A DNA stretch of 48,483 nt from an uncultured Verrucomicrobiales bacterium (GTDB lineage: Bacteria > Pseudomonadota > Alphaproteobacteria > Paracaedibacterales > CAITNM01), in contig CAYGPH010000001.1 in assembly GCA_964351815.1 (NCBI GenBank), positions 30,460-78,942 of the forward strand, written 5' to 3'. Below the pieces are notes generated by a model, which ran no database searches, was not told the origin of the DNA, and worked only from the letters and a program-made list of their open reading frames with translations. Of this stretch, positions 48,459 through 48,483 are shown piece after piece (position 1 is the first letter of the stretch; every line of letters starts with the position of its first letter). The position numbers and the translations under genes were made by a program.

Positions 48459-48483
48459 TAAAAAACCCTCCCGGTATAAGGGG

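Overview
AT-rich bacterial chromosomal segment of 48.5 kb, tightly packed, with about 50 genes. The gene content suggests an alphaproteobacterial intracellular symbiont (Holosporales/Rickettsiales-like). That inference rests on ccmF, a DUF2948-like gene, a SOUL-like gene, eno-ftsB, dapD-dapE, thyX, an ankyrin protein, many ORFans and several decayed genes.

Backbone genes, left to right:
- Flagellar hook module fliK-flgD-flgE behind a sigma-54-type promoter, then a GT2 glycosyltransferase and an orphan family-5 ABC substrate-binding protein.
- xseA, holB, rne, an HtrA-like protease, an arginase-family enzyme overlapping gltX, and a SOUL-like heme-binding protein.
- A CDGSH protein with an XRE regulator, ftsB-eno, and prfB with its classical +1 frameshift.
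- A BI-1/YccA protein, DedA, YggT, rbfA, polA, hemW, ccmF, dapE, dapD, thyX, an MFS transporter and an EamA transporter.

I found no rRNA, tRNA, CRISPR array, IS element, transposase or integrase, and no compact multi-gene defence or toxin cassette.

Most interesting observations:
1. An apparently intact but isolated T6SS baseplate pair, tssF-tssG, sits between rbfA and polA. No other T6SS gene is in the window, and a small secreted ORFan occupies the slot where tssE normally sits.
2. Two independent tandem duplications of secreted ORFan genes show flanking DNA far better conserved than the coding sequence. One includes a 285-bp perfectly identical copy of the ccmF 3' end as a direct repeat bracketing one paralog.
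3. Gene decay is visible: rnhA carries a frameshift, a deletion and an in-frame TAG, and a 1-kb region holds sugar-nucleotide epimerase remnants.
4. An ankyrin-repeat secreted protein overlaps the end of thyX.
5. A 25-bp perfect palindrome lies in front of the SOUL-like gene.

All calls come from reading the sequence and translations by eye. No database search was run.
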